The translations under genes and the position numbers were made by a program. A DNA stretch of 64,000 nt from Planctomycetota bacterium (GTDB lineage: Bacteria > Planctomycetota > B15-G4): NCBI GenBank assembly GCA_965248575.1, contig CBDFJQ010000002.1:2176001-2240000 (forward strand), written 5' to 3'. Every line of letters begins with the position of its first letter. Within the stretch, counting starts at the first letter, position 1. A model generated the notes under the pieces. That model saw only the letters and a program-made list of their open reading frames with translations. It searched no databases and was not told the DNA's origin. Below are positions 30,125 through 40,091 of this stretch, in pieces.

Positions 30125-31144
30125 TCAGGGCCGAATGCTGAAACGGGCCAACTGAGCCAGGTGATCGCTGGTGCCTGGATCCAGCGTCTCGTAGCTGTGA
30201 AATCGGAGGTGCTCGTTACCCAGGACGTGGTCCAGCCCCCAGGACGGAAGCCAGGCCGGGAAGGTGCGATGCCAGCCTGAGCCCGCCGAGAGGTGCGCCA
30301 CCGTGGTGCCGGGGATCTTCACGGCCATCGCACCCAGGGGGGCATTGAAGTCACCTGCCAAGAGCACGGCTTGCTCGGCATGGGCCAGCACCCAGTCCTC
30401 CAGCCGCCGGCCCTCGGCGGCGTGCATGCGCAGATTGTCGATGGAGCGCAACACGATGCCCAGAGGCCCGGCCCGCCACCACATGGGCTTCGTGGTGTGC
30501 ACGTTCACGACCCACAGCAGCCCGCCTTCCAGTGGGAGACGGGCCGCAAAGGTGCGATATCCGGTCAGCGCCGTCTCCACCTCGACAGCGGTCTCCGCGC
30601 CGGACAGCAGTGAACGACGCACGGCGATCAGCGAAGAGAAGGGGCCGAAGTCGGAACGCTCGAACGTCAAGCTCTCGTCCGGAACGAACACCTGGAAATC
30701 GGAGAGGGCGGCGACGAACGGTGCCCGTTCCTTCGGCTGCAGCTCCTGCAAGCAGACCACATCGACCGCTTGCTCCCGCACGAGCCGGGCCACGATGGGC
30801 GCGCCGTGCTCGTTGTGATGGGCGTTGTAGCTGAGCACGCTCAACACCCTTGCCCCATCGCTGGCGAGTTCGGAGGCCCCCGACCCCCAACCCAGTTGCA
30901 GGACCAAGCCAGCCATCCCCAAGCAGGCGAGCCCGGCCAGCCCACGCCGCCGTTCCCACCAGAACAACAGCGCCAGGACCAAGGCGCCCGCTGCGACCAG
31001 CACCCGAGGCGCGTAGAGCAGGGCCAGGCCCACAAACCAACGGTCGGCTCCGATCCACGGCGCCAGACAGGCCCCGAGCACCACCGCCAACCCCAGCACA
31101 CGTGCCCAGGACCAGAGGCCGTACCTGCGCTCAGCTGCGCTCAT
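30125..31144 (-). CDS. endonuclease/exonuclease/phosphatase family membrane protein
   Basis: SYN, LQE, NVH, GDFN, LDHV, SDH motifs; N-terminal TM segments. Confidence 0.9.
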   Translation of the reverse strand: MSAAERRYGLWSWARVLGLAVVLGACLAPWIGADRWFVGLALLYAPRVLVAAGALVLALLFWWERRRGLAGLACLGMAGLVLQLGWGSGASELASDGARVLSVLSYNAHHNEHGAPIVARLVREQAVDVVCLQELQPKERAPFVAALSDFQVFVPDESLTFERSDFGPFSSLIAVRRSLLSGAETAVEVETALTGYRTFAARLPLEGGLLWVVNVHTTKPMWWRAGPLGIVLRSIDNLRMHAAEGRRLEDWVLAHAEQAVLLAGDFNAPLGAMAVKIPGTTVAHLSAGSGWHRTFPAWLPSWGLDHVLGNEHLRFHSYETLDPGTSDHLAQLARFSIRP

Positions 31145-33918
31145 GGTTCGGACAGGGCGACGTCCAAGCGACGTCGCTCCCCCGCCGCCAGACTGACAGG
31201 CTCCTCGTGCATGAAGACCTCGATGCCCAGCCCCCCTCCTTCGCCCGGCTCGGCGACCAAGAGCAGGAAGCTGCCTTGGGGTAAGTCCCGAAACTCGTAT
31301 TGCCCGCCCTCCGTCTCGGCTTTCGCGACCGGCTCACCCTGCACGCCACGTAACAGGACCTCGGTTCCATCGGGCACGACCTCCACCCCCACTTGAGTGA
31401 TGCTCCCGCTCAGCACAGCTCCTGCTGTCATGCGAATCACCAGCTCTTGCTCCGATGTGTCGTCACCCAGCCTGTGGGGCCCCGAGCTGGCTTCTGCGAA
31501 ACCTGTCGCGCGCACCCGGACCTGGTAGGTGCCAGGCCAAAGCCCCGGCATGCTGAAACGCCCCACCGCATCCGTCGTCGTGCGACCGTTCACCTGGGCC
31601 GCAACCGTCTCCAAGGGTTCGATGCTCACCAGCGCTGCGGGGACCACGGCGCCACCTTGCTCGGCCAGCACGAGGCCAGCGAGGGTTCCGGACCCGAACA
31701 CGACGTCCACGCTGCGCTGCTCATCCCAGTCGAGCACGACCGGCACGCTCATGCGGGCACCGCCCGGCGCCGTCACCGACACGAGATGCGGCCCCACCGA
31801 CTCGACACTCAGGGCGTACTCCCCTTGCTCGTTCGTCGTCGTCAAGCGTTTGAGCAACTCACGCCCCCAGTAGTTGACCTCCCGGTCTTCGCGCAGCATG
31901 ACCCGTGCTTCCGGGAGCAGGGAGTCTCCTGCCCGCACATGCCCCACCACCCGCGGTGCATCCCGCATCACCAACACCAGCTCCTGTGACTGGCCCGCCT
32001 CCAGGTCCAGCAGAGCATGACCACCGCGCGGCACATCCACGCTGTAGGAGCCCGCCGGAAGGTCTGCGAAGCGGAACGCGCCGAGCGTGTCCGTCTGGGT
32101 GCGCACGCTGTCCGCTGCGCCCTTCAAGCGAACACTCACACCCGACTGAGGCTTGGCGTTCTTGTCTTGAACCCTGCCATCCACCTGCGCGCCGGGCATG
32201 AGGACGAGCACACCCAGGTCCTGCACTTCACCGGCCACGAGGTGCACCGACCGTTCGAGAGCTGCGAAGCCCTCAGCTTCGACGCTCAGTGTCCACGAGC
32301 CCGACTGCAGGCTGGGGAGCAGGAACTGACCGCTGGCGTCTGCGATCGTCTCGGCCGTCGGCTCCATGTCGAGGGCGATGGATGCGCCCCCCAGCAAGCG
32401 ACCGCCTTTGCCCTGCACGCCCCCCTGCAAGGACGCACCACGAGCCAGCGCCACGGTCAACTGGCCCTCCCCTGCGCTGGGCACACCCGCTGCCTCGACC
32501 GAGACGCGCGCATAACCAGGTGCTGCCACCGACAGGCGATTGGCCACGGGCCCTGCGCCGTGCAGAAGGAACCCGCCGGCGCCTAGCGGCTCGACTTCGA
32601 GCTCGGGCTCGACCTGGAACCCGGCCCGATGGCCCTGCACCTCAGCAGCGGGAATCCCTTGCCCCGTCGACGCATCCTGCACCTGGACGCGCAGACTCGC
32701 CGGCCGTTGCAGGGTCAGCAGGGCGTCCCGCTCGTTCGCGGGCAGGCCGGCCAACTTGCCCACTTCGAAGCCGTCCGCCTCCACATAGAGAGTCAGGCTT
32801 CCGCCCTTCAATCCCGCCAGCTCAAAGAAGCCCTGCTCGTCCGTCTGGCCGTGCGCCGAGTCCAAATCCTCAAGAGCAGCGCTCAGTTCGTAGAGCAAGC
32901 TGTCCCCGGGATCGAAACCCACGAAGGCCGTGCGGAAGTCGGTGGTCGCTGCGTGCACTTGAGCACCCACGACCGGCTCCCCCTGCGCGTCGAGCACGAA
33001 GCCCGCGAGGGACGCGCCGCGGCTCAAGACGATGTCACCCAGATCCTTGTCCTCGCCGCTGCCCAGCTCGATGCCGAAGGTCACGACGGGCGTCCAACCC
33101 GCTGCGCTGATCTCGTACCCCAGCCGACCTGGGAACAGCCCTCGCGATCGGAACCTCCCAGCGGCGTCCGTGGTCACATGCAGGAACGCCTCGAAGGAGC
33201 CGCGATAGTTGGAGTCGACGAAGGCAGGCTGCGGCGAGCGCTGCAGGATCGCCACGGACACCTGAGGCATGGGGCGCTCCCGCTCATCGACGATGCGGCC
33301 CCTGAGCACACCCCCGGGTTCCAGCTGCAGATCCCCCAGGTCGAGACCCACGGCAGACAAGCCCGAGCAGGGCACCGCGCGCAACGCGAAGCCCTCGGCA
33401 TCCAGGATCAGGTCCGGCGCGAGACGCCATCGCAGGCCCGCGGGGGGTCCGCTCCACGGGATCTCGAGTGCGAAGCGACCACCGGCGTCACTGAGCACGA
33501 CCGGCAAGCTGGTCAGGTCCACCAAGTAGGAACCTGCCATGGGCCAGCGCTCGGTCTCCCGTTCGCTGGGCATGTACGTCACGCGCACCTGGGCGAGGGG
33601 CAGTCCCGTGTGATCGACGACTCGGCCGCGCAAGCTGGCCACGGGGGTCTCGGCGACCAGGGCAGCCTCCGCCACCCGCTCCTCGCCCAGTTCCTCATCC
33701 TTGGAGAGCCCCGCGCTGGAGACGTCCAGCGGTTGCGGGCTGGGGCTGCTGCTGGGGTCCGGCAGTGTCGTCAACTCTTGCTGGGAATCCTCTGACGGGG
33801 CCCCCGCCGCATCTGGCGAGACCTCGTGCTGGCCCGTGTCATCGAGCAAGACGAGCGCCAGCACCACCACGGCGGCGACACAAAGAAGGCCCAGCAAGAG
33901 GCGGGTGGGTGAGCTCAT
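31141..33918 (-). CDS. membrane-anchored protein with multiple carboxypeptidase-regulatory-like domains
   Basis: Repeated GRVVD..G.P..../TD..G.F....L..G.Y units; ATG 33918 precedes a TM helix. Confidence 0.85.
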   Translation of the reverse strand: MSSPTRLLLGLLCVAAVVVLALVLLDDTGQHEVSPDAAGAPSEDSQQELTTLPDPSSSPSPQPLDVSSAGLSKDEELGEERVAEAALVAETPVASLRGRVVDHTGLPLAQVRVTYMPSERETERWPMAGSYLVDLTSLPVVLSDAGGRFALEIPWSGPPAGLRWRLAPDLILDAEGFALRAVPCSGLSAVGLDLGDLQLEPGGVLRGRIVDERERPMPQVSVAILQRSPQPAFVDSNYRGSFEAFLHVTTDAAGRFRSRGLFPGRLGYEISAAGWTPVVTFGIELGSGEDKDLGDIVLSRGASLAGFVLDAQGEPVVGAQVHAATTDFRTAFVGFDPGDSLLYELSAALEDLDSAHGQTDEQGFFELAGLKGGSLTLYVEADGFEVGKLAGLPANERDALLTLQRPASLRVQVQDASTGQGIPAAEVQGHRAGFQVEPELEVEPLGAGGFLLHGAGPVANRLSVAAPGYARVSVEAAGVPSAGEGQLTVALARGASLQGGVQGKGGRLLGGASIALDMEPTAETIADASGQFLLPSLQSGSWTLSVEAEGFAALERSVHLVAGEVQDLGVLVLMPGAQVDGRVQDKNAKPQSGVSVRLKGAADSVRTQTDTLGAFRFADLPAGSYSVDVPRGGHALLDLEAGQSQELVLVMRDAPRVVGHVRAGDSLLPEARVMLREDREVNYWGRELLKRLTTTNEQGEYALSVESVGPHLVSVTAPGGARMSVPVVLDWDEQRSVDVVFGSGTLAGLVLAEQGGAVVPAALVSIEPLETVAAQVNGRTTTDAVGRFSMPGLWPGTYQVRVRATGFAEASSGPHRLGDDTSEQELVIRMTAGAVLSGSITQVGVEVVPDGTEVLLRGVQGEPVAKAETEGGQYEFRDLPQGSFLLLVAEPGEGGGLGIEVFMHEEPVSLAAGERRRLDVALSEP

Positions 33919-34015
33919 GCGAGGGATGGTACCGGGGGCGACCGAGGACGCGCCTCCGCGACGTGATAGTTTGGCCAGCTCCGTGTGCTCGAGCCGACGT
34001 CCCTGTTCCCTCTTG

Positions 34016-35578
34016 ATGGATTCCCCGGTGCGCTTGTCGTTCGCTGGCCTACTTCTCTGCGGAGCCACTGGTGGACTCATCGCGGGGATCAGCGCGTGCA
34101 GCCAGGCACAGGAGCCGTCCCGCGCGCCCCCCAACATCGTGCTCATCTCCCTGGACAACCTGGGGGCCCGGCACCTGGGGGCCTACGGATCCGAGCGGGA
34201 CACCAGCCCCTTCCTGGACTCACTGGCCCGGCAAGGCGTGCTCTTCGAGAACGCACACTCCCAATCCACCTGGACGTTGCCCGCTCACGCCTCCTTGTTG
34301 TCGTCGCGCTACGTCGGGGCACACAGCGTGTGGAACATGGAACGCCAGCTCCCGCGGCAGGCCACGCTGGTGCAGGAGGTGTTGGGTGAGGCCGGCTACC
34401 AAACCTCCGCCTTCACCAGCTGCGTGTTCGTCTCGGAGCTCTACGGCTTCGACCGGGGCTTCGACCACATGAGCACCAGCGAGCTGCCCGCCCAGCGGAT
34501 GCAGCCCGCCATCGTGAAGCACCTGGAGCGGCAGTCGCAGCGCGGGGAGCAGCCCTTCTTCCTGTTCCTGCATTACTACGACGTGCATCAGCCCTTCTCG
34601 GAGCCCAACCCCTACGGCGAGGACTTCGCAACAGGCCTGCCTGATGGCCCGCTCGACGAAGCCTGGGCCTTGGTGGATCTGCTCGGACGCCGGGCGCGAG
34701 AGGTCAGTGATGAAGACGTCCAATGGTTGAGCGGCCTCTTCCCCGAGCTCGATGTCGAGGCACACATGCAGGCTGCGCGAGAAGCGGATGCCGTGCTCGA
34801 TGAGCGCCTCATGAAGTTCGTCTATCGCTATCTGGCCGAACTGGGCCCCGAGGCCCTGGCAGCGCGCAAGGCCCGCTACGACAACGGCGTCGCCAACATG
34901 GACGCCCGCCTCGCCGAGCTCTTCGACGCGCTGCGCTCCTTCGACTGGTACGAGGACACCGTCTTCGTGATCACCGCGGACCACGGCGAGTCCTTCAATG
35001 ATCCGCCGGGGGTCCTGGGGCACGGCGGCGAACCCTACCGTGAGCAATCGCATGTCCCGTTGATCGTGTTCGGTCCGGGCATCCCGCAGGGCGTCCGGGT
35101 CGAAACCCCCGTCGCTGGCATCGACGTCGGCCCCACCCTCTTGGAGCTGGCCGGGCTCGACGTTCCAGAAGATTTCCAGGGCGCGCCCCTCAGCAGTCTC
35201 TTCGAGGGTGCGGCTTCGCCCTCATCAGGTCGGCGACGGCCGGTGCTGACAGGTGTGCGCTCGTCGGGGCGGGTCAGCATCGTGGAGGGGCCGTGGAAGC
35301 TGATCACCGGAGGTGATCTGGGTTCGGAGATGCCTGCCAACACCGCCGCCATAAACGCAGACGCAGACGCGGACTGCCCCATCGAGCTCTACGACCTGAG
35401 CCAGCCGTCCCGTGCCAACGAACGACTGCAGCATCCGGAGGTCGTTTCGCGTTTGCATGATTGGCTGCGTCTCATCGAGCAGCGCAATGCGGGCCTGGCA
35501 CAACAGCTCGACTACGAAAGCGTGCTCTTGGACGCCGAGACCCAGGCACGCCTGGCCGAGCTGGGCTACGTGAAGTAG
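34016..35578 (+). CDS. sulfatase-like hydrolase
   Basis: NIVLISLDNL, SQSTWTLPAHASL, HYYDVHQP, ADHGE, LAELGY. Start approximate. Confidence 0.88.
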   Translation: MDSPVRLSFAGLLLCGATGGLIAGISACSQAQEPSRAPPNIVLISLDNLGARHLGAYGSERDTSPFLDSLARQGVLFENAHSQSTWTLPAHASLLSSRYVGAHSVWNMERQLPRQATLVQEVLGEAGYQTSAFTSCVFVSELYGFDRGFDHMSTSELPAQRMQPAIVKHLERQSQRGEQPFFLFLHYYDVHQPFSEPNPYGEDFATGLPDGPLDEAWALVDLLGRRAREVSDEDVQWLSGLFPELDVEAHMQAAREADAVLDERLMKFVYRYLAELGPEALAARKARYDNGVANMDARLAELFDALRSFDWYEDTVFVITADHGESFNDPPGVLGHGGEPYREQSHVPLIVFGPGIPQGVRVETPVAGIDVGPTLLELAGLDVPEDFQGAPLSSLFEGAASPSSGRRRPVLTGVRSSGRVSIVEGPWKLITGGDLGSEMPANTAAINADADADCPIELYDLSQPSRANERLQHPEVVSRLHDWLRLIEQRNAGLAQQLDYESVLLDAETQARLAELGYVK

Positions 35579-35615
35579 CCGAACCCGGCCGGGGCCCTGA
35601 ACGACCAGCGGCTCG

Positions 35616-37643
35616 TCAGAGGATCTCTTTCAGATGCGCGAGGGCGCGGCTGTCGCTGAGGTAGTTCTCGTGGCCCAGGATGCGCGTCTGGAACGGCAGC
35701 TCGGAGCGGGCCCCCAAGAGCCCCAGGGCCACGCAGGCGAAGGCCCGTGAGAGGCTTGGGCGAGCGTCGCTCTGCGCCAACTGCCGCAGCGGGTCGATGG
35801 TCGCGCTGTCGCCGATCAGCCCCACTGCCTTGGCCAGGCCAGCCACCACGGCGAGCGGCGGGTCGGACTCCAGCGCCGAGACCAGGCTATGGACGGAGTC
35901 CCGGTCGCCCATGAGCCCCAGGCCCATGGCTGCCTCCACCCGCAGCTGCTGCGGCGTCGCCTTGCCAACACACAGGCTGCGCAACAGCTCGGACACTTCG
36001 CGGTGATCCATGAGGCCGAGGGCCACGGCCACATGCCCGCGGAAGCGCTCGTCGTGCACGTCTTGATAGTCCTCCATGAGCACGGCCGCGCTGTCCGCGT
36101 CGTTCAACAGGCCCAGGGCCACGGCGTAGGCTCCCTTGAAGGCCGGGTCGGATTCCTTCGTGTAGGCCACGCGCAACTGCTCGAAGAGCCGTGGACGCAC
36201 CGACTCGTCACCGCGCCCGAAGAGCGCAGCCGCCAGCGCCCCCCAGCTGCGGTCCTGGCGCGCGGTCCCCTTGCCGGCCATTTCCTTGAGCAGCGCGTCG
36301 AGGATGCGCTTCGAACGAGCGGCTGACTCGCTCGCCGCGCGTTGGTCTTCCGACGTCTCCACAGCACCTGGTTCTGGTACTGATTCTGGTACTGGTCCTG
36401 GTCTCGGCCCTGGCCCACGCCCGCCGACCTCACCCAAGGCCACCAGCGCGAAGTGCCGGGTGTGGGCATCGCGCCCCTCCTGGACGTAGTCCAGCAGGGC
36501 GTCCACCACCTGTGCGTCGTCCACGTGGGCGAGGCGCCCCATGGCGATGGCGAGGGACTGCATCACCCGCGCGTCGGCGTCGCGATCCAGGAAGGCCTCC
36601 AGCAGGTGCGGCAGCAGGTCGGCATCACCGGAGCGAGCCAGGGCCGTGGGAACGTGGTTGCGGATGCCGGGGTCGAGGCGCTCGTCCGCCAGCAGGTCCA
36701 GCAGGATCGCCTGCACACCGCTGCTCACCTCGTCTTGCGCGCCCAGCATGCCCAGGGCGATCACCGCGCACAGTTTCAGGTCCCGCTCCCGGTCGGGAGT
36801 GCGGCGCACCACGTCGGCCAGCATGATCGCGTCCGACGGCTTCCCCGCGAGACCCAATGACAGCGCCGCGAAGGCGCGCATCATGTCCGGCACCTTGCCG
36901 CCCGCGATCTGTCGGCCGTGCGAGTCATCCCGCACCAGGGGCTTGAGCAGCGAGCGCACATCCTCGTGCGCCAGGACGCCGAGCGACAGCGCCGCAGAGG
37001 ATTGCACCGTCGCTAGCTTGCTGCCCAGCTGCGGAGTCACTGCTGCGAAGACCTCGTCTGCCGTGGAGGCCCGCGCTGAGCGGGCCGCCGCCAGCACGGC
37101 GGAGTCGAGGATGTCCGGGTCGTCGGAGGACAGCATGCCCAGCAGCGCTGGCACGATGCGCCCGTCCACCGCTCCCGTAGTGGGCCGGTAGGAGTTGCTG
37201 GCCTGGACGCGCCGGCCTCGCCCCGTGAAGGCGGACACGGAGCCGGAGACCACTGCCCTGTCCACCAGGTGCGAACGCAAACGCAGGAAGCGGTCGCGGT
37301 TGTGCACCCACCAGAGCTCCCAACTGCCGGCGTCCAAGGCGTAGCTGATTGCGCCCGACGAGCCCGTACCCGACCCGCTCGTGCGGCTGACGCTTCCGCG
37401 GTTCCCGCTCGGAGCCCGGGCGCCGGCACTGCTGACGGTGGTCGCTGGGCGACCCGCCGGTCGTCTGGCCTTGGCGCTGCCTGGGCCCGTGGGTGAGGCC
37501 ATGGGCCCGTTCACCACGATGGGTGGGCCCACACCCGTGGGAACGTTGGCGGGTTTGACCCGAACGCCCCCGTGAGCGAAGACCGACCCGCTCCAGAGCA
37601 GGACACAGAACGACAGTAGCGATGCTGCGGCGAGACGGCTCAT
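35616..37643 (-). CDS. secreted HEAT-repeat protein
   Basis: Signal peptide ending VFA-HGG; repeated AALSLG, AVIALG, AMGLG helices. Confidence 0.85.
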   Translation of the reverse strand: MSRLAAASLLSFCVLLWSGSVFAHGGVRVKPANVPTGVGPPIVVNGPMASPTGPGSAKARRPAGRPATTVSSAGARAPSGNRGSVSRTSGSGTGSSGAISYALDAGSWELWWVHNRDRFLRLRSHLVDRAVVSGSVSAFTGRGRRVQASNSYRPTTGAVDGRIVPALLGMLSSDDPDILDSAVLAAARSARASTADEVFAAVTPQLGSKLATVQSSAALSLGVLAHEDVRSLLKPLVRDDSHGRQIAGGKVPDMMRAFAALSLGLAGKPSDAIMLADVVRRTPDRERDLKLCAVIALGMLGAQDEVSSGVQAILLDLLADERLDPGIRNHVPTALARSGDADLLPHLLEAFLDRDADARVMQSLAIAMGRLAHVDDAQVVDALLDYVQEGRDAHTRHFALVALGEVGGRGPGPRPGPVPESVPEPGAVETSEDQRAASESAARSKRILDALLKEMAGKGTARQDRSWGALAAALFGRGDESVRPRLFEQLRVAYTKESDPAFKGAYAVALGLLNDADSAAVLMEDYQDVHDERFRGHVAVALGLMDHREVSELLRSLCVGKATPQQLRVEAAMGLGLMGDRDSVHSLVSALESDPPLAVVAGLAKAVGLIGDSATIDPLRQLAQSDARPSLSRAFACVALGLLGARSELPFQTRILGHENYLSDSRALAHLKEIL

Positions 37644-37738
37644 GCTTCCCTCCTCGAACCCGAGGTGAACGTGCACAGAGCCGGACGGCCTCGCTCAGGC
37701 TTTTCCGGCAGGCGGGCCCCAGGAAATCCCACAGGCTG

Positions 37739-38827
37739 CTAGGGCGTCGTGCCTCGAATGCCGTTGGAGATCACGATGTCGTGAATGCTCGAGGGGTCGT
37801 CGATGATGAACTGAAAATAGACCTCGGTAGCTGACGGCACGCCTGGTGGCCAGGAGGCCGCAGCGCTGAACTGCCCGAAGGTGTTCGAGGCGACGAAGAA
37901 CTGACTGTTGAAGGGGAACGCATGCACCGTTCCACCGATGGCTGCAAAGGGAGCGCTCGGGTTCAATGCGAACCAGACCAACATGAGAGCGTTGGGCCGC
38001 ACGCTGGAGATGCTGACGGGGTTGAACGTCCCCACCGTCAGGGGGCCGGCGCCCATGAGCTGCGGGTCGCCGTAGAGCGGGCTGGTGCTCGCGCCGCCCA
38101 GGTCATCCCAGAAACCTGCGTCGGCGGTGCAGGCGCGCACGGCCCAGTTGCCGTTGTAGAAGGCCGGGCAAATCATCTGGCCCAAGCTGAACTGCCAGTC
38201 AGCCGGATCCACCCAACCGGTGTTGCGTTCGTCGAGCAAGCTCTTGCCCGGCAGGCACTGTCCTGTGCCGTCGGTCAACACGTTGGCGGGGACGCCGGGC
38301 ACGGCCCCGGGGCAGTTGGGGAAGCTGACGTTGGCAACGATCCTGAAGGCGACCACGAAGTCATCCTGCACCACGATGTTGAAGGGCGTGAGATCGAAAG
38401 TGTTCATGCCCGTGGTGGTTGCCAGCATGTCCGGGCCTTCGAAGATCTTGGTGCCCATCCCGATCGTGCCACTGGGGTTGAAGTTCACGGAACCCTCGTA
38501 AACCTCGACACTCACGATGAACTGGTGCGTCGTCTCGCCGCTTGTGTGGCCGAGACCGATGGAGGCTTGCGTCACGTACTGCGGGCCCATGCCGGGCACC
38601 AATTCGAAGTAGCTGCCCACAGCCTCGCCCTGGCAGAGCGCCACGATCACTTGTGAGGTGAGCGGTACGCCAACAGGCGCGTCGGGCAGGGTGTCCACCT
38701 TCCAGAAAGTGTTGGTGGGGTCTGAGCAGACCTGGGCTTCGACGGCGGGTGCCGCGCAGAACAGGGTGGCAACAAGACCCATCAGACAACGGGGCAGCCA
38801 GCAACGAACAGAGGGAGACGTCTTCAT
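37739..38827 (-). CDS. secreted protein with the conserved C-terminal domain
   Basis: Signal peptide ending VEA-Q; C-terminal WDDLGG...GGTVHAFP...FQF...SNGIRGTTP. Confidence 0.8.
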   Translation of the reverse strand: MKTSPSVRCWLPRCLMGLVATLFCAAPAVEAQVCSDPTNTFWKVDTLPDAPVGVPLTSQVIVALCQGEAVGSYFELVPGMGPQYVTQASIGLGHTSGETTHQFIVSVEVYEGSVNFNPSGTIGMGTKIFEGPDMLATTTGMNTFDLTPFNIVVQDDFVVAFRIVANVSFPNCPGAVPGVPANVLTDGTGQCLPGKSLLDERNTGWVDPADWQFSLGQMICPAFYNGNWAVRACTADAGFWDDLGGASTSPLYGDPQLMGAGPLTVGTFNPVSISSVRPNALMLVWFALNPSAPFAAIGGTVHAFPFNSQFFVASNTFGQFSAAASWPPGVPSATEVYFQFIIDDPSSIHDIVISNGIRGTTP

Positions 38828-39199
38828 GAGCAAGGGACCCCGTGGAGGTGGTGAGCAGCGGCGGCGGACAAGCCGGAGTGGTCGCCGAGCGTGCCCCAGC
38901 CTACCCGCAGGATGGCCCGGCTCCGGTTCCCGACACCCTGCCCAGGCACGTCTGACCAGCCATCCATAGGCGGGCCCAAGCCCCCAGTGACGCCAGAGGC
39001 CCCTCTTTCCAAAGACTCCGCCCAAGACGGCTGTCTGGGGGCCCCCAGCTTCGCTATGATCCGCCGCGCAGCACCCCGGACGCTGGCCAGGAAACGGCCG
39101 CCGGCGAGCCCCATCAGGCTGGTTGAGCGAGCTGACTCGCCCCCCAGCGTCCAACCGCAACATGTCGAACAATCACGATGCAGTAAGACGCAGTTGGAA

Positions 39200-39274
39200 T
39201 CCCCGGTAGTGTAATTGGCAACACATCAGATTTTGGGTCTGACTTTCGAGGTTCGAGTCCTCGCCGGGGAACCA
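39200..39274 (+). tRNA. tRNA-Gln (anticodon TTG)
   Basis: Acceptor stem TCCCCGG/CCGGGGA with U1:A72; anticodon stem TCAGA/TCTGA with loop TTTTGGG; T-loop GGTTCGAGTCC; encoded CCA. Confidence 0.95.
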
Positions 39275-39582
39275 GTTGTGCAGGTTGGAGCGAGCGGGGG
39301 CCGTGTGGCGCGTGAGGCGGCGTGGTGCGGGCGTGGTGGCGATTGAGCGCACTGGGCGGTAGCTGCGGCGGAGGTGGCGAACGGGGCCGGGACGGCGACG
39401 ACTCTCGGCGACATTCGAGGGGGCGCATTGGAGAGTCACGCGCGACGCGATCTGACCGGTTCAGGACCCCGTTTGGCTCTCTGACTCTCTGTCATCTCGG
39501 GGCCTCGAATGTCAGAACGGGCATTTCGGACGGCTGAGAATCGAGGGAGAGCCAACCTCGAATGTCAGCGACGAAATCGGGC
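39264..39582 (+). repeat. tRNA 3' end plus conserved downstream module (copy 1)
   Basis: Homologous segments recur from 43701, 54024 and 56619. Confidence 0.85.
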
Positions 39583-39594
39583 CTCAATGGCACG

Positions 39595-39867
39595 CTCCCG
39601 TAGTGTCCCATCCGACGGCCGCGCCGCAACCCGTGCCCAGAGCATGAGTTGGGCATCGATCCAATGAGCGAATGACGACCGAGTTCTACCCGTTGCAGGT
39701 CTTGGCTCTTGGCACTCTCAGGATGGGCGAACCTCGAGCAGCGGCAAGCGATCGAATACCTGGTCGAGAAAGGCCGACATCCGGAACCGAGGTCCACTGC
39801 GTCGAGCGCCTCGGCGGCCCGCTGAAGCACTACAAGCGCGCGGCCTAACGATGGGACACTACGGGAG
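39595..39867 (+). mobile_element. 273 bp non-autonomous element with perfect 18 bp terminal inverted repeats and an internally deleted integrase
   Basis: CTCCCGTAGTGTCCCATC (39595-39612) and GATGGGACACTACGGGAG (39850-39867). Inside are LLALSGWANLEQRQAIEYLVE and VHCVERLGGPLKHYKRAA*. Confidence 0.8.
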
Positions 39868-40091
39868 AGAGGGGCCGTCGTGACCCGCGGAATCCAGCAG
39901 CGAATCTCCGTGCGTCACGCCAAGGTACCCTTCTCTTGGGCGTCGCCCGGGGTGGCGATCTCGTCCGGTGACCCAGGGCGGCCTGGCCAGCACGAGCGGA
40001 CCGCGTTACGGTGGCCCTGCGCTGCTTGAGGCGTCCGCATAGCGACTCGTCGAGCGCCGCGATCCTGCCACCCGTCGGAGCCAGGCCGCCT

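Noticed and set aside
36368..36416. Degenerate short repeats in the HEAT gene
   Set aside because: They encode an ordinary Pro-rich linker (GPGPRPGPVPESVPEPG).
39231..39237. Reading the anticodon as TGG (Pro)
   Set aside because: The TCAGA/TCTGA stem centres TTG in a 7 nt loop, and U1:A72 fits tRNA-Gln.
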